Positions 62,323-64,000 of a stretch of DNA of 64,000 bases are shown here, one piece after another. Source of the DNA: Anthoceros angustus (Eukaryota > Plantae > Anthocerotophyta); contig MU008158.1 of the NCBI GenBank assembly GCA_010909165.1, positions 2,815,478-2,879,477 on the forward strand, in the 5' to 3' direction. The position numbers and the translations under genes were made by a program. The notes beneath the pieces are model-generated. The model saw nothing but the letters and a program-made list of their open reading frames with translations, was not told the origin of the DNA and did not search any database. Every line of letters begins with the position of its first letter. The stretch's first letter is position 1.

Positions 62323-64000
62323 ATGGCTGGTCGAGGTGCTGCACTCACGCGTCCTGCCTGGTTGAAGCATGCGGAAGAGGCGAAATTGAAAGATGAGGAA
62401 GAAAAAGCTGCTGCAGCACGGGCTGCTTTCGATGCCACTTTCCGGGATGTGGACCAGGGAGCACGGAACGGAAATGCCTCCTCCGACAGTGAGGCTGACG
62501 AGGCGGACAAGCTTGCGAATAAGCCAATTGGTATGTGCTTCTTGTGCTTCCTCATCTGTAATGCTTGTTGCCTGAGCCTAGGGCCAACCACCACTGTGAG
62601 ATCATAATGTGGAATTGACTGCTGGTGAGATTGATTGACAGGTCCTGTGGACCCATCCAGATGTACAGCTGCAGGGACAGGAGTCGGAGGAGGCGCTGCT
62701 GGTGCAGCCGCCTCATTTGTTGTGGTCACCAAGGACTCCGATGGGAGGAGGGCTCCTCATGGAGGCGCCTACATAAGAGTGAGAATCACTCCTGGAGCTG
62801 GAGTTGGGGGAACGGAGCAAGAAGCTGTCGTCAAGGATCATTCCGACGGGACGTATACGGTCACCTATGCAGTGGCCAAGAGAGGGGATTATATGGTCAG
62901 TGTTGACTGCAACGGCCACCCCATTCTTGGTAGCCCTTTTCCTGTTTTCTTCAGTGGTGGAAATCCGCAAGTCGGAGGCACCACCTTGCCGACATCCGCG
63001 CCTATTTTGGGATCGTCTCCGTTTCTGAATGGAGTGGCCCAGCCCATGTCCGCCTTTCCGAATATGGGCATGACAGGAATATTCCCGGGAATGCTTTCAT
63101 CGTTGATTCCTGGACTGCTTCCTGGGGCTACAGGCGGGGCCGTTCTGCCTGGCATTGGAGCCTCTTTTGGGGAGGTCTGTCGTGATTACCTCAATGGCCG
63201 GTGTGCAAGGACGGATTGCAAGTATAATCACCCCCCTCAGAACCAGCTTATGGCCGCTTTGGCAGCTGGCAGCACCATGGGAGGTCTCAGTCAGATGCCC
63301 ATGGCTCCATCGGCAGCTGCAATGGCTGCTGCCCAGAGCATTGCTGCTGCACAAGCATATCAGGCAGCCCAGGCACAAGCAGCTGCTCAACAGCAGCAAA
63401 AACAGCCATCTGCAGGTGATATTCTATTTCGTAGGCCAAGGGGGGGAATGCTGTCTCGTGTGATCTTCATATTTCTGGAGCTGGTCACTGGATCTGAAAT
63501 GCTCAAGTATGTTTTATCTTGCTCTCATCTTATTGCTTGATTGTTGAAGGTGCTGGGGAGGTCAATGGTGAAGCACTTTCTGCTGAAGAACCTGCCGGAA
63601 GTGGTGAGCCATCATGCACAATACATGTAAGCAATATAAGTCCAGGTCTGCAAGTAGATCACTTCGACAGCTTTTGGCTACTGCGGAACTGTGGTTGATT
63701 GTAAGATTTCTGATTCCAAAACATCTGCATATGTGGAGTTTTCAAAACATGAGGAAGCAAAATCTGCATTGGAATTAAATAACATGGACGTCAAGGGTGC
63801 CTCTTTGAAACTGGAGTTGGCGAAACCTGCTCGCTTGGTGAAACAGGCATCAACTTTGTCCACCTCCACTGCAGCCTCAACTCCTATTGCAGCTGCTCAG
63901 CCCGCTCCTCCTTTGCCAATGATGATGCAGCAGGCTGTTGCCATGCAGCAACTGCAATTTCAACAAGCTTTGTTTATGCAGCAGGCCATGGCCACTCAGC
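62323..64000 (+). CDS. Filamin/Ig-repeat + CCCH zinc finger + RRM protein (plant SR-related); truncated at window end
   Basis: WLKHAEEAKLKDEEEKAAAARAAFDATF; filamin repeat GPVDPSRCTAAGTG...VKDHSDGTYTVTY...PILGSPFPV; CRDYLNGRCARTDCKYNH; RRM IHVSNISP...CGTVVDCKI...AYVEF. Confidence 0.85.

Overview
Gene-dense eukaryotic nuclear DNA from a non-seed land plant. Short GT-AG introns of about 70-150 bp, tight intergenic gaps and a PLS-PPR gene with a 'PGxS(Y/W)WTD' box suggest a hornwort-like genome (inference). About 14 intact protein genes are present: PWD, a U-box/ARM E3 ligase, plastid NADP-MDH, MEI2-like, GT47 exostosin, jagunal, FRO, a receptor-like kinase, mitochondrial mS35, a patatin, RWD/GIR2, a PLS-E+ PPR, RAD17 and a filamin-CCCH-RRM protein truncated by the window end. 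The window also holds an intron-containing tRNA-Met, a tRNA-Glu-like pseudogene, a full-length but frameshift-riddled Ty1/copia element with non-canonical TG..TA ends, and several AT-rich islands. Best leads: (1) jagunal ends only 57 bp before the GT47 start, within a co-oriented FRO > tRNA-like > jagunal > GT47 run (possible dicistronic or shared transcript); (2) an unclassified ~220-bp terminal module recurs at island borders and brackets a decayed ORF with fungal-type Zn2Cys6-like spacing; (3) a ~190-nt pre-miRNA-like foldback upstream of MEI2-like; (4) a hidden inverted PPR pseudogene lies tail-to-tail with the intact PPR gene. Exon boundaries and identities were read by eye; no database search was run.
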